From NCBI GenBank assembly GCA_030704615.1, contig CM060732.1, positions 11,408,001-11,472,000 on the forward strand: a stretch of DNA of 64,000 bases. Reading direction: 5' to 3'. The translations under genes were made by a program, and so were the position numbers. Below the pieces are notes generated by a model. It was not told the DNA's origin, did no database searches, and saw nothing but the letters and a program-made list of their open reading frames with translations. The DNA comes from Takakia lepidozioides (taxonomy: Eukaryota > Plantae > Bryophyta). Shown here piece after piece: positions 13,050 through 26,700 of this stretch; position 1 is the first letter of the stretch; each line of letters starts with the position of its first letter.

Positions 13050-13290
13050 TCCAACCAACCTCTTACATTACATTCAGGTATACCGTGTTTTCTGCTTGCT
13101 TTTCAAAAAGCTGGGACTTAGATAGGAACATAATGCCATGACAATCGGCTCCTACTAGGAATTTGGAGAAAGTTGCGTGGCTGGAATAGTAAGTCAAGCA
13201 ATGACTCGTGCCCTTACTCCTAACAATATTATGAGTGGCTTTTGAGCACAGGGATCATGGCCATTGAACCATATGCATGTGCAAGCAAAT
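13050..13290 (+). mobile_element. Pogo/DDE_1-type transposase C-terminal remnant
   Basis: AGIVSQAMTRALTPNNIMSGF*A.G.WPLN resembles the conserved 'NI.SGFR.TGIWP.N' end of pogo-like transposases. Contains a stop and a frameshift. Confidence 0.5.
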
Positions 13291-13750
13291 TTGGACCAAG
13301 TGAACTATATGAGACTACATCATGCAGTGAAGAGGACGAGCTTAATTAACACTATCTAGAGCCTCTAGAGATTCATGTGAATGAAGTTGAAGTCGAAGTC
13401 GACGAGGAAAATGGAATGAACGTCACTCTGTTGTAGCTTAGAAGCGGTATACTTGAGATGGATGAAGAGGTTGTGGAGCCCTATATTCTAGAACCATACA
13501 AACCAATGCAGGAGGAAATCCACTTGATCCACTGACTACATGCGTAGATCAAGAACGCAGGTTTCAATTACATAGCACCATATGTACCTCTCTGTGAGGC
13601 CATACACGATCTAAACATAGCTATATGGGATCAAAGACATAAATTGCTATGGAATATACCCTTTGGTGGGGGGGGGGGCACTTCCAAATACTCCGACTCG
13701 ACATGCAAAAGAATATAGGGTACAATACATTCTTGGCAAAGAAAATTTAG

Positions 13751-14250
13751 NNNNNNNNNNNNNNNNNNNNNNNNNNNNNNNNNNNNNNNNNNNNNNNNNN
13801 NNNNNNNNNNNNNNNNNNNNNNNNNNNNNNNNNNNNNNNNNNNNNNNNNNNNNNNNNNNNNNNNNNNNNNNNNNNNNNNNNNNNNNNNNNNNNNNNNNNN
13901 NNNNNNNNNNNNNNNNNNNNNNNNNNNNNNNNNNNNNNNNNNNNNNNNNNNNNNNNNNNNNNNNNNNNNNNNNNNNNNNNNNNNNNNNNNNNNNNNNNNN
14001 NNNNNNNNNNNNNNNNNNNNNNNNNNNNNNNNNNNNNNNNNNNNNNNNNNNNNNNNNNNNNNNNNNNNNNNNNNNNNNNNNNNNNNNNNNNNNNNNNNNN
14101 NNNNNNNNNNNNNNNNNNNNNNNNNNNNNNNNNNNNNNNNNNNNNNNNNNNNNNNNNNNNNNNNNNNNNNNNNNNNNNNNNNNNNNNNNNNNNNNNNNNN
14201 NNNNNNNNNNNNNNNNNNNNNNNNNNNNNNNNNNNNNNNNNNNNNNNNNN
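13751..14250. other. Assembly gap (500 N) flanked by an identical 128-bp duplicate
   Basis: 13623-13750 equals 14254-14381. Confidence 0.95.
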
Positions 14251-16129
14251 TACATATGGGATCAAAGACATAAATTGCTATGGAATATACCCTTTGGTGG
14301 GGGGGGGGGCACTTCCAAATACTCCGACTCGACATGCAAAAGAATATAGGGTACAATACATTCTTGGCAAAGAAAATTTAGAAAACAATTAAAAAAAATC
14401 CGTGCTTTCAGAATTTAAATGAAGATAGGGTCTGGAATATACACTACCAATTCTTGTTTTTTTTCAACTACCAATATTATGGTCCCGATAAAGACCGGGG
14501 ACGTCTGGTTACTGGTTTATTTGCAATAGGTACTTCAAACTCAGGCAGGCTAGACTTGGATTTGGGGACTTAAACTGTTGATGGCACTTGGTTTGCACTT
14601 GGTTCGCATCTTAAATTCAAGTATGATATGACTAATAGTAAATGGATAGACATAGATTCAATCATTAGTTTAGTTACAATGACTTTTGACAAAGTTTAGA
14701 ATGATAATAGATTGAATGCTACGTCTGATGCCCAAGCTTTGGATGAGCTGTTTCTTTCAACCAAGTAATGAATTATTTTTACTGTAATTTTTTTTAATTC
14801 ATGTATTGTTTTTCTTTTTGTATTGTTATTATAGCGTGCCTGAAATTTACTAGCAGCAGCAAAATATAATTAACATAGCCTGTAAGAAAATCCAGCATTT
14901 TACAAATTTTTGTAAGTATAAGGTGGCCGTTGAAGATCAGGAAAAAAAAAAAAAAAAAAAAAAAAAAACCCTATCCAAATTACCTTTTTTTTGCAGGTGA
15001 TATTTAAAATATATTAGGAGAGGCCCCCGGGGAACATATGTGACAGTGCCAGAGCATGAACAAGTTGATGGGAAACAGGTGCATGCACATTTGCAAGAAA
15101 AAGAGAATGTCGAGACTGAGGTTTCTGTTGTGGACGCAAATTCATGCAATGACAGACAAACCCTGGATGCATTTCATCTTATTTCACCCTAGTAGGAAAT
15201 AACTCTAATAAGGTACTAATTGCGCGACTATTGGGCTCTCTACCCTAGTCATAACGACTGAAGCAAAAGGTTGCAAGACATTAATGAGACGAAGACTGCA
15301 AACAAGGATGTCGATGGTTGTGCTGCTCAATTTGACGTCATTGCCATTTGATCGCTCCCGATGTAATCACTCAAATGGTTGTGGCTGTTTAAGTTGGAAA
15401 CTCTTGATTATATCTTTAAATCATTCCCTGCTTCAACTGTACCCAATCGGTGCCCAGGTTGAGCATCTCTCTATACCACCAAACGGAGACTTCCCTATCT
15501 CTTTTCTTCTCCTATACTAAGATCAAGGAGGATCAACGGAGTCTACCCTCCAAAACTTTAGTAGTGATTGAGGAACGCAAGGTGAAAAGAGCCTTAATCC
15601 TACCTTGCTAATAATTTCAGACGACTACTTTGAGCAGACGGTCCACAATACAGTATTATTCTATTTATTATTCTATTCTATATATAATGATGATAACTGG
15701 ATGACGTTGGGTCCCTCTACATCTTAGGATTTTTAGTGATCTTATGATATTTTAGATGCATAAAAAAATTATCCTATTATTTTTTGGAAAGAACTGCCCT
15801 CAAAATTCACTATTAAACAGAGGGAAAAATGACCTTCACATATGTTATATTGTCTCCAGGTACCAACATGACCCTAAGTTTGGAGACAAACTTTGGAACC
15901 TTTTTTTTTTTAGGAAGCGGAGCCTCATAACTTTAATTATTTGAAGGGAAAAAAATTAAAACCCTTTGATGCCCGAAGGCTGTCATAAGGCTTAACACAC
16001 GGCAAGGCGTGACGGATATCCCAATGAACTATGACTATGCTGCAGAAAGACAACAAAGGGTTGCAATGTGTGTATGTCACCATATCACATATTGGAATCC
16101 ACTCATATAAACAAATGTTTATATCAAAC

Positions 16130-16560
16130 AGGAGCTTGTCCCTTTGACAATACCTCTGTTGAGGTATTACCATATGTGAACCCTAATGTGAGACTATACC
16201 TCTGTTAGTATACCAAACATGAGCTTGTCCCTTTTACTATACCTCTGTTGAGGTATCACCATATGTGAACCCTAATCAGCTCAGACTATACCACTGTTAG
16301 TATACCAAACAGAACCCTCATTTTCAGATTATATCTCTGTAAAGGTATTATCAACATAAGGGACCTAGCAACTTCAGACTATACCTCTGTTAAGGTATCA
16401 ACATTGAAAAGACTTAGTGAAATTTAAGGGCATTTGGAGGATTGTTTGGAAGATATTTGAGGGCCCTTGGAGGATTGTTTGGAAGATCTTTGGGGTCCTT
16501 GGAGGATTGTTTGGATGATCTTTGGGGTCCTTGGAGGAGTATTGGAGGACACTTCGAGGA
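16130..16560. repeat. Two adjacent short tandem arrays
   Basis: Units of about 89 bp containing atacctctgttgaggtat (16130-16410), then about four 32-33-bp units of ttggaggattgtttggaagat (16434-16560). Confidence 0.7.
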
Positions 16561-16682
16561 GCTTTGATGGACAAATTGAATTCTGCAAGTTAGCTGGTTG
16601 AGTGAATCTTTGATAGTTTGGAGTGACTTTGACATGATACTCCCAACTGACAACATGAAAGTATCCTAAAAGAGGTAACAGA

Positions 16683-17250
16683 GATGAGGAGAAGCTATGG
16701 AATGAATATTTTTTTGACCCCAGTCAATGGTGGGACAACCGAGGCAAAAATGTGAATGCAAAAAGGTGAATGCCTGTCAGATTACCTGTCATTCTGAACA
16801 CTATGGCTGAACGAGATGTGGTGTCGTGGATTGTGATGTTTGCAGGGTATGCACAGCAGGGGTGCAAGATGGAGGCTTTGGAGACCTATGAACAAATGAT
16901 GGGGGAAGGGGTGAAACCGCCCACATAACGTTTGTGTGCGTTTGCAGTGCATCTGGCAGCCTTGGAAAAGGGCAAAGAGATCCCTGGTGACATCATCAAA
17001 TCTGTAATTGTACCAGATGTCATCCTGAACATTGCTCTGGTGGCCATGTATGCCAAATGTGGGAGCATTGAGGATGCCAAGGGAGTATTCAACACTATGG
17101 CTGAATGAGATGTGGTGTCATGGAACGCGATGCTTGCAGGGTGTGCAGAGCAGGAGCGCGAGATGGGGCTTTGGAGACCTGAAAGCAGATGATGGGGGAA
17201 GGGGTGAAGCTCGACCACATCATGTTTGTGTGCTTTGCAGTGCGTGTGCA
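16683..17250 (+). pseudogene. PLS-class PPR pseudogene preceded by an OSB-type WWDNR/PDF-motif segment
   Basis: EKLWNEYFFDPSQWWDNRGKN at 16683-16769. Then RDVVSW..MFAGYAQQG..EAL..YEQM..EGVKP and ALVAMYAKCGSIEDAKGVFNTM.*DVVSWNAM, with stops and frameshifts. Confidence 0.8.
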
Positions 17251-17429
17251 AGTTTAATGTATACTTGACCGGTCAGGAGACCAAAATTGGCTATCTCAAA
17301 ACAAGAGGTTATCATTCCTATCTACCAATGCGGTTAAGGGAGAACATCATTGTTCTCTACTAAGGAGGCTGGCTACCTCCCCCGTACTGAGTGTTGGGTA
17401 ATGCATCAAAGGGGTATATTTGGTTTCAC

Positions 17430-17745
17430 CACCCAAGACTACAAGCGTGACAAAGAAAATGTGTTTGCAAGGAAGATATCCTTATCTAGCTTTCCTTCTA
17501 TGCTGATCAAAGGCCTCGCAAGTACAAGACGGTTCCAAACCAATCCTGACATCATATGTCACGCCTCGCTTTGTAGATTCTGCGGTCCTGATGGTATAAA
17601 CTCGACCCAATCCCTTTCCAATGTCAATCTTGTTCAGGACAACTGCTCGACAGGATGCAACTTTTGCCATGTTGTCTCGAGCCTTCTTGGAGATAGTTTC
17701 ACATTTTCACACTCTCCGCCCATCACGTTCTTTGCATGCCTTAGA
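17430..17745 (-). mobile_element. SWIM zinc-finger remnant (probably MULE-derived) abutting the 5' breakpoint of copy B
   Basis: YDVRIGLEPSCTCEAFDQHRRKAR*GYLPCKHIFFV is a CxCxnCxH SWIM signature with an internal stop. Confidence 0.65.
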
Positions 17746-17747
17746 TG

Positions 17748-20700
17748 TCCTTTGGTTGCCACAGATCCCTTAGGCTCCAACTCTGTGCTGCAGACGTTAC
17801 GGATGGGGTTCAGTTTCGAACACGGTAGCGTCGGTTATGACGAGGCAGCCAAGCACGTGGCAGCGATGTTGTGTGGCAATTCTTCCTTGTTGGAGCTTGA
17901 GATATTGTATTGGAATATGACGTCGGAGGGCGGTGCTGCTATTGGCAGGGCTTTGGCCACCAACACCACCCTTACAACTCTAAGCGTGCATAGCTGCACG
18001 ATTGGGGCGGATGGTGTGGAGGCGATAGCACAACATCTTGCACACCACAATTCTTCTCTCACACGCCTTAACGTTGGCGACACTTGGAGTACAGAGATAG
18101 AAGGAAGCAAGGCAGCCAACGCATTGGCCAACATGTTTCGATCCAACTCCACGTTGACCCATGTGGGCCTGTCACACAGTCGGTTTAACGAAGAAGGTAT
18201 TGTGGAACTCTTCAAATCACTGGCCACCAACACGTCTTTGACAGACCTTGATCTTACTAGTTGCGAGGTTGTCGCCGGGGACAGGGTGTTGGCAGCAATC
18301 GGGGATTCACTACGAGCCAATCTGTGTCTACGAAGACTCAGTACAGATCAATCTTCCTTGAGCCTTGTAGATTGGAGTGGTGTAGAGAGAAGGGAGCAGC
18401 AATCGGTGTTACAAGGAATGATGAGGTCCGTGAGTCCGGAGGCAGCGAGCGTGTTGACTTTTGGCGCCGCTGGTACTCAACCATACTTCCACTTTCTCAT
18501 ATTACATTCTTCCTGTTTTGCTTTGCACCTCTTGAGGACGCCGAATGTAATGTAACAAGTAACTCCGCAACACCGTGCGAGAATTCCGAATTCAGAACTA
18601 ATCATTGGATGGTGTGGATCGTAAGTCGATCAATGTAATAATTTGATCCTGTCGCTGAAGTGGATTACGCAGTGGAACCCCTCGGCCAGCGGGGATTGCA
18701 GCCTGTTAGACTCCCATCAAAGTTCACCTCATCCTCCCAGTGGCAGAGGGGTTCCACATCACCTAACCTACCGTTAAGAGGCGCAGTAGAACTGGCAAAC
18801 ATTCTCAGTGTATACAATTTATCCCAATCTTAACATGAGATAAATGAAAAAATCCCAAAGTTCAAACTGAGGCTGTATCAATTTACTATGATTCATTTAC
18901 TTTTACTCTCCCCTTGAAGAGATGGGCTCAAACCTTCCAAAATAAAAGTAGAATAAAAGACGCATTTCTTGGAACAAAATACACATACGGTATCCGTATA
19001 TTGCTGCGGTGCATCTAGTTCTGCTGTACTGGTCCCGTCTCGCGAAAGCTTACTCAATCCCTCCACCAACTTAGTCAAGCCAGTCACAAGCTGCATGGAA
19101 GACCCACCTCTGTCTGACACGCTGTCGGGTCCTCCACATGCTGCGTCAGGATGTGCTCACTAAATGTTTCCATAGGATTCCATGCCATTGCGCAATTGCA
19201 TTCTTAGGTTTGTTCTTGTATCATCAGCCCCCACTTCTGTTTTTTGCATTTAGCAGTCAACCATAATCAACCACGAGTACTGTAGAGCGAGAGATCACGG
19301 AGAATCATCAAGAGTTGATTTCACATGCGATTGTGGTGATGGGTGGTGTGCGGTCTCAAGGCTCGTATTCCAGGAACAGCTGCTCCGGTTGAGAGTAACA
19401 AGTGGTGTGTATCCGTGCAAGGGTTAATGACTATGGTGGAGAAAAGGTCAAAAGCAGCAACAGGAACCAAAACCATGTGGTATGAGGTCTCCTCGTCACT
19501 CCTTGGGGGTACCAAATGGTATTGTCTACGATCGGTGTATGTTAGGCTAGGTCATAGGTGCAAGTGAGTGTGTCTGGAAGAGGTCATCGTCTCAAAGTTC
19601 CTTCCTTTTGTCATGGTAACAAGCGGACCCTTACCGCTTGGGGGCAGCCCTCCCCCCAAATTGGGCAGTCGTATGCTCTGTCTAGCATACTCGGCACTTG
19701 GGCTCGGGTTGGTTCCTGTGCTTAAACTTATAGCCTGCGACTACAATCAAAATTTTAGCTCCTATGAACATCCTCAGGGTGATTCCTGGGAATTGGTTAC
19801 TTATGCCAAATCTAGGGCTTCATGTGTAGTTTTTGGGGTGAATCCCAGGATGGACGATGTGTCCTTTAAAACTACATGCTCTAGCTTAGGCTTGGATTTC
19901 ATGGCTAATGGTTCCATCTCGAGACTTGATAACAGGGGTACGTTGAAGGTTGCAATGACCAAAAGTGCTTCTAATAGAGTCCCACACCAATTCAATCTCA
20001 AAGAAGTTCGTCCCTTGATTGGCTGGAGAGCGGTCTTAGACATTGGTGATTCAATGGGGCGCTCTAGGAAGACAACCAAGGGCAAGGACAGTTTCTAATC
20101 GGTTTGATGCTCTGGATGAGGTTGAATCCAAACAGCCAGAAGGACAAGATCCCCCTATGTGTACGGAACCTGAACGTCCTGAATCTGAAGGATTTGGTAC
20201 TCTGAATGGTTTACCAATCCTCAAGGTTTACACAAGACGAACAAATTCTATACACGGGGTAATTGTCCCCAAGCCGTCAGATGGACAATCTGTCCCTAAG
20301 TGTGCAGAGCCTGAACGTCGTGTAACTGAAGGATTTGGTACTCTAAATGGTTTACCAATCCTCAAAGTCTACACAAGATGAGCAAAATCTATACACGGGG
20401 TAATTGTCCCCAAGCAGTCTGACGGACAATTTGTCCCTATGTGTGCAGAGCTTGTGCGTCGTGTAACTGAAGGATTTGGTACCCTGAATGGTTTACCAAT
20501 TCTCAAAGTTTACACAAGACGAGCAAAATCTACACATGGGGTAACTGTCCTCCCTTTGCAGAACGGTTGGCCGTCCAGGAGCAATCACAAGCTACCTAGA
20601 CGACAAACAATTCACATGCAAAGGGCTGGCTTGCGGCTGGCCACTTTCAACTTCTCAGGGTTGACCAACCAAAGGAAACAACTTGAAGTGGGACAAGTTC

Positions 20701-23700
20701 TTCGGACTAATGATATTCATATCTGTGTTGGGCAAGAAACATGGGAAACGTCGGATAAACTGGTTGGAGATGTCAATGGTTATAAATGGGCAGGTAAGAT
20801 GTGTACTCTCAAGGCAGCCTCTGCCAAACGCGGTAAAAAAGGGGTTGGATTCTTTGTCCGTGATTTCTTGTTTGACAATTGTGAAATTATCAACAAGGGT
20901 TTGAGGTACGAGCATAGTATCTGGCTAAAACTGAATCTGAAGGCATGAGTACGAAGGACCTCTTTGTGGGTTGTGTTTACATGCCCACAGAGGGACCCTC
21001 AGTGCTGACGCAGACAAAGCCTTCGAAGATGTAAAGCTGGACTGTGCTTCATTCCTTGCCAAAGGTCAGGTGGTGCTATTGGGTGACTTCAATGCCTGGG
21101 TGGGCAAAGGGCTCCATCAGGACGATATCATTGGGCCTTTTGGTAAGGACGAGCTGAATTCTAATGGCAGACGGTTAATTAACTGCCTGGAAGAGCTTCA
21201 GCTTTTCACCTTGAATAACAGGACAAGAGGTGACCAAGTGCAGTGGACTCGTGAGAAATCCCAAACTGGGGAACGTTCCGTTGTGGACTATATCATAATG
21301 GACAAAAACTTGTTCCCCCAGTGTGCCAATGTGTTGATCGACAGAACTGATATTGGTACCTCTGACCACTTCCTGGTTTGGACTGAGATCAAAAGGTGTT
21401 TTCCCAACACCAAGAGATCTGTGAAACGTTCGATTCGGAAGTGGCGCATAGAAGAATTCCATAATGAGGAGGTCAAGGCTGAGTACGTCCAGGCCTTGCA
21501 AGAGGCTCTCCCTCATTTTGTCCAATCGCTCCAAGAACTTCAGTCTCGCTCTGACAACGCAAGAAATGAAGTCGAAAGAGCAGTGGACTCTTGGGAGAGT
21601 TTCGTTTCCTCCGTGGCTGACAAGATCATCGGGAGGAAACAAATTGTCTGCGGTAGAGCTGTTAATTGGTGGACCAATGAGATTAAATTCAAGATAGCTG
21701 AGAGACGAGCCCTCTATAAAGAGTGCTGCAATTTGAAAACCAACAGAGAATTGTGGGCGAGGTACTACCAGCTCCGTAAAGATATCAATCAGCTTGTTAG
21801 GTCTCAGAAGAAATTATACTGGGACAAGTTATACAGTGAAATAAACTCAAACCACCATGGTGGTAATGACAAGAAATTCTGCTTGGCCCTTCAATGTTTG
21901 TACAAGCTGAAAAACGGTCAGCAAGTACCAGCGCTGAAGACTACTAAAGGTGCAGTGGTGACTTCATCGGTTGACATTGTCAAAACCTTTGAAACTCACT
22001 ACAGTATCCTTGGCAGAACTTCTAGGTCTAACAGTGAGGGGTCTTTTGCTGAATGGAGGGACACAGTTGGAAAAACTGTTCCTATGATTCAAAACAGCCC
22101 TGATGAACTGGAGTATATTTCAATGGCTTATAACGCTCCCATTAGTTCTTCTGAGATTGTGGAAGCAATTGAACATTTAAATGGATATAAAGCTGGTGGA
22201 CCTGATGGTATTGTCAACGAGCTTATCAAGCACGGTGGCGATCCCATGATAGAGGCCCTAGTTCTCCTCTTTAACCTTATCTGGAAGACTGAAATGATCC
22301 CCTTTCGCTGGCGACAGGGGGTCATTGTCAATCTATACAAGAAGGGTGACAGAGAAGAACCGGGGAACTACCGTGGCATCACGCTCCTCAATGCTGTTGG
22401 CAAGACATTCTGCAGAGTTATAAGTACTCGTCTCAAGGTTGATCTGGAGTCTAGAGGTTGTTTCCACGAAGGCCAAGCTGGCTTTCGGCGAAACAGGGGC
22501 TGTGTGGATCATATCTTCACTCTAAGCCAGATTATCCAGGGAAGGAAAAAAGAAAGGAAACCCACTTATGTTTTTTTCCTGGATGTCAAAAAGGCTTATG
22601 ACACAGTGTGGAGAGATGGCCTATGGTTCCGCCTCTAGTCTTGTGGGATCAAGGGAAAGATGTGGAGAGTTGTCCACAACTTGTATGCTCACACCAAAAG
22701 CTGTGTCACTGTTAACGGACAGAAGTCCAACTTCTTTGACATAGACCAAGGTGTAGCTCAAGGATGTACTCTCTCCCCTCTGCTCTTCAATGTTTTCATC
22801 AATCAACTCCTCGAGGATGTGGAAAGTGAGGGATTTGGGTTAAGGGTGGGTGATACCACCATACCAGCCCTTATGTTTGCGGATGACTTCGCAGGCATAG
22901 GGGAGACTCCAACCAATCTCCAGGAGTTGATTGATTGCGCGAAGAGATACTTTGATCTTTGGGGGCTAGAGGCTAATGTCAACAAATGTGCAGTGGTAGC
23001 ATTCAACGATAGAGGAGAGGGAGGAAGTGATCTTAAGTGGCAGTGGGGTAGCCAAGAGATCCCGGTCCTCCCTTCCTACACTTACCTGGGTGTTGAGTTT
23101 TCCTCCAATTGTAATTGGGATGCACATATCCGGAAAGTTGTTCAAACTGACAAGGGCAAAGCTCTGGGGCTCACTAAATTTTTCCACTGCAGAGGAGTCA
23201 ACTCTGAGGTTAAGAAAACCATGCTTTGTCGTGTTATTAGACCTGCCTTGGAGTACGGATCTGCAATATGGGTTGATAACTCCAACCAGGCTAAGTCTCT
23301 AGAATCCATTCAAGTGGGGGTGCTTAAGGAGTGTACCTTAAGCTCCCGACGAGATGAATTCAAGGTCAGATGGTGGGGTCAGCTGCAACATATGCCCAAC
23401 ACCAGATATCCTAAGTTAGTCGACTCTATATCTTGGAAACAGGACCGCCCTGTCAAACAGGCTAAGTCCTGGCAGAAGAGAGTAGAAGAGATTCTCAAGG
23501 ACCTGGACCTGGATCCGCAAGTCTTGACCCTGCTGGATAAATCTGACTTAGAGGCTGTAGTGTCCAAAGCCATGTCTGTTGCCATGAGATTGTCTGATGA
23601 AAATGAAGTTAGGCAGAAAACTTCCCTGAACTTGTTTCCAGTCAGTGACATGGGGGAGGACATCTTGGATGACCTCAAGGGTCTACCCACTCTCGGCACT

Positions 23701-26700
23701 AGACTGAAGACAGTATTCATTTTCTGATACACTGTCCGGGGTTCTCTCACCAAAGAGACGCTCTCTTCAAATCTATCAAGGGAATTGTGCCTGTACCCCT
23801 GTTTACCAACTTTGTACCAACATCAGCCCCTGACAGAGGTAGGTTCTGTCCCTTTTATTCCCGCTCAAACTGGGCGCGGGGTCAATGGCCACAAGGCTAC
23901 GGCAAACAACGTCTTATGAGTACAATCTTTTGTCATGAGGTACCCCTACCTTGTCCACAGGCATCTCTAACTGATGGGTCAGAGGTATTCAGTTCTCAAA
24001 TATGTTATGAGCACCTTTTACTGAATCATGAGAACACTCAGGATCCTGTCACAGCTTATGAATGCGCCTAGTGCAAAACGCGTTCATTCTAAAGTTGCAA
24101 ACCTTGTGAAAGATCACGAAGTGACTCCTGTTCCAGAATTACTAAAGTACATCATACGACATAAGTAGCTTTTATGAGAAGTTAATTCTTTTCACTCTAG
24201 ACTCACAAGCAAGCTCATCAGATCTCTGCAACTGTGCTTACCACATCTCTAGTTTTGTTCTGAAACAACTCATTTGTTTTTTGCAACATGGTTTTAGACT
24301 CTGGATATGGTAACATATGTATGCATTGCTTCAAACAATATTGTGGACACAAGTTGTCAAAGAAGCATTGCAAGCTCACTCGAGAAGCGTTTGGCACTTC
24401 AAGAGAACTCTTGAAGCTTTGAATCAATGTTCTGGAAACTATACAACACTTCTGACTCAAGATCTCTTTAACTTTGCCCAGGTTTACCTTGTTCAACAAG
24501 TGTGGCCACCCCCTAACAATGATCGGGAAACCACCCTGGATGTCATCTTTTTCCATGGATTCCAGTTTGGAAAGGAAAGCAGTGTTTCACAGCACACATG
24601 GGTGCATTGTGACAATCATGAACTCTCCTGGCCAGTGAAGTGGCTGCCAGAAGACCTGGAAGGAACAGTGCGTGTTCTACTCGTATCTCATAGTGCAGAT
24701 GTTAGATATTCCAACATCCAAGCTGTTGACGACTTTGGCAGGAGGTTGCAGCAAAGCTTAGTAAGGTACATTGCTTCTCACTTGAATACTATGGTTTGCT
24801 AGCCTGTTCATTGAACAAGAAGTTTAGGCAGTCAAAAGAGATTCTCACTTTCGCTGGAATGTGAAGGCAGATTCGGAGCCTAGCTCCTAGTCCTCGATCT
24901 TATCCACCTAGATGTTGAAAGGAAATGGTGAGGGTTAGCTGTTCAGAACAGGATCTGGAAATGTCTATGCACATTTTGGCGTCCAAGATCAAAATCTGAT
25001 ATTGCTTGATCCTGTTCATGTGCAGTTCATCTCGTTCCAGTTTCGGATGGCAAAAACCAATTGTGCTTGTTGGCCATGGCTACGGAGGTTTGGCTGTGAA
25101 GAGCTTAGTGGTACATACTGCAAGGACTGAAACCATGCCATGTGCGAACGAACTGGACAAGGAGGCTGCTGAGAATGCAAAAGCGTTCTTATCAAATCTC
25201 CGAGGCATTGCACACTATGCTGTTCCCCATTCCGCAATGAACTTGGGAAGTTTTGGTAAATTGGAGCCCTCAGGAAATATACAACACGACCTGATTGAGC
25301 GTTTATCAACAGAATTTGAGGGAGTTATTTGTAGACTTCAAATCCACATCTTTGCTTTCGGAGAGGGCAAACCAACACAAAATTGGGTACGTTCTCTGGA
25401 GTTTTTCATAATGACAAACCAAGAAATGCTGCGGAGTATTGGTACTAATAAAATTTACTAATTGGATAGGAACATGATGCAAGGCATTTTATGCTAGGTG
25501 TCAAGTAGTGCAGTATTTTAGGGTTAGCTAGGTGTACGTGCTGCTTCAACATTAACTAAGACTGGAGAATTTTTCCCCTCTGAGAGGTTGAATTGCTTAC
25601 TTTCCATCACATGTGGAGAACACAGACCTATGGTAAACCTCCCTGCACAAGCAACGATGCACAGTGCAACAATGCCGTGCAGATGAATCAGAAGCTGAAT
25701 TGTGTCATCTATGGTCTAAGTGGTTTAGATATCTTGAAGGCTGCCTTTTATATAACAACTCTTTGAGGTTCAAGAAAGTGTTACTACTCCAGTGGTTGAA
25801 AAGATGAATTTTCTATCTCGTAGGGTTGGATTGTGCCGTATGAGTCTGCCATAAGATTATCTGGCTCTAACAACTACAAAGTGGAGGAGTCGGATCATCT
25901 GGATATCACGCGACCTCCTTCCAGAGAACATATCATATATGACAAATTGTTGATGCTGCTGAAGATTTGCCAAAAACCACCGGTACGTCCTCATGTCAGT
26001 AGTGGACATTTTATCTCCTCGCCATAATTGTCCCTCACTTGTGTTATCATTAATGTGTCCCTGTATTCCGCCGATGTAATCTGGATTTTGCAGCATAGTG
26101 ATGACTAATGCGCAACACCTTCCACTGAGCTCTAGGTGAGCAATATCTTCCTTATGCTACAGGCTATCCTGCTGCAATCAATCTTGCAATCTGACCCTGT
26201 GAAATGTGTCCTACAACGTCTCTTCTCAGCTTTAGTGCCCATGGTTTTTTGTAGATTGTGTTCTTAGCATATTGTGCATATGTTCCAAGTTTTATCTGGT
26301 CACTGGAGTGCAGGGTGATGTGAACTTTGCTCTAATGATCTCTCAACTTGAAGGAGGGTGCCCAGACGACTACAACACCATAACTGAGTTGTTCCTCGAG
26401 GTATGAATCAATGGATGATGACCATAAGTGTATTCTATTCACTAATCTTCACCGGAACTTGAGGCTTAAAAGCGGAACCTATTGATCCGGAGTTTGTGTT
26501 TTGCAGCGCAACATGATCAGGGAGGCAATTGCTTTTCTTCTGGATGTTTTGAAGCCTAACCTTCCAGAGCATGCCATGCTTCAAACTAAGGTAGAGTCAG
26601 CTCTGACTCTTACAGTGTGCAGTGCAGATGGACTTGCATGGTCTGTGCCCTCCCGTAACTTGTCTGTTGGTTTCCTGTTCTTTCCCCTTGCTATGGTGTG

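Noticed and set aside
13631-14356. Long ORFs across the gap
   Set aside because: Artefacts of the N run.
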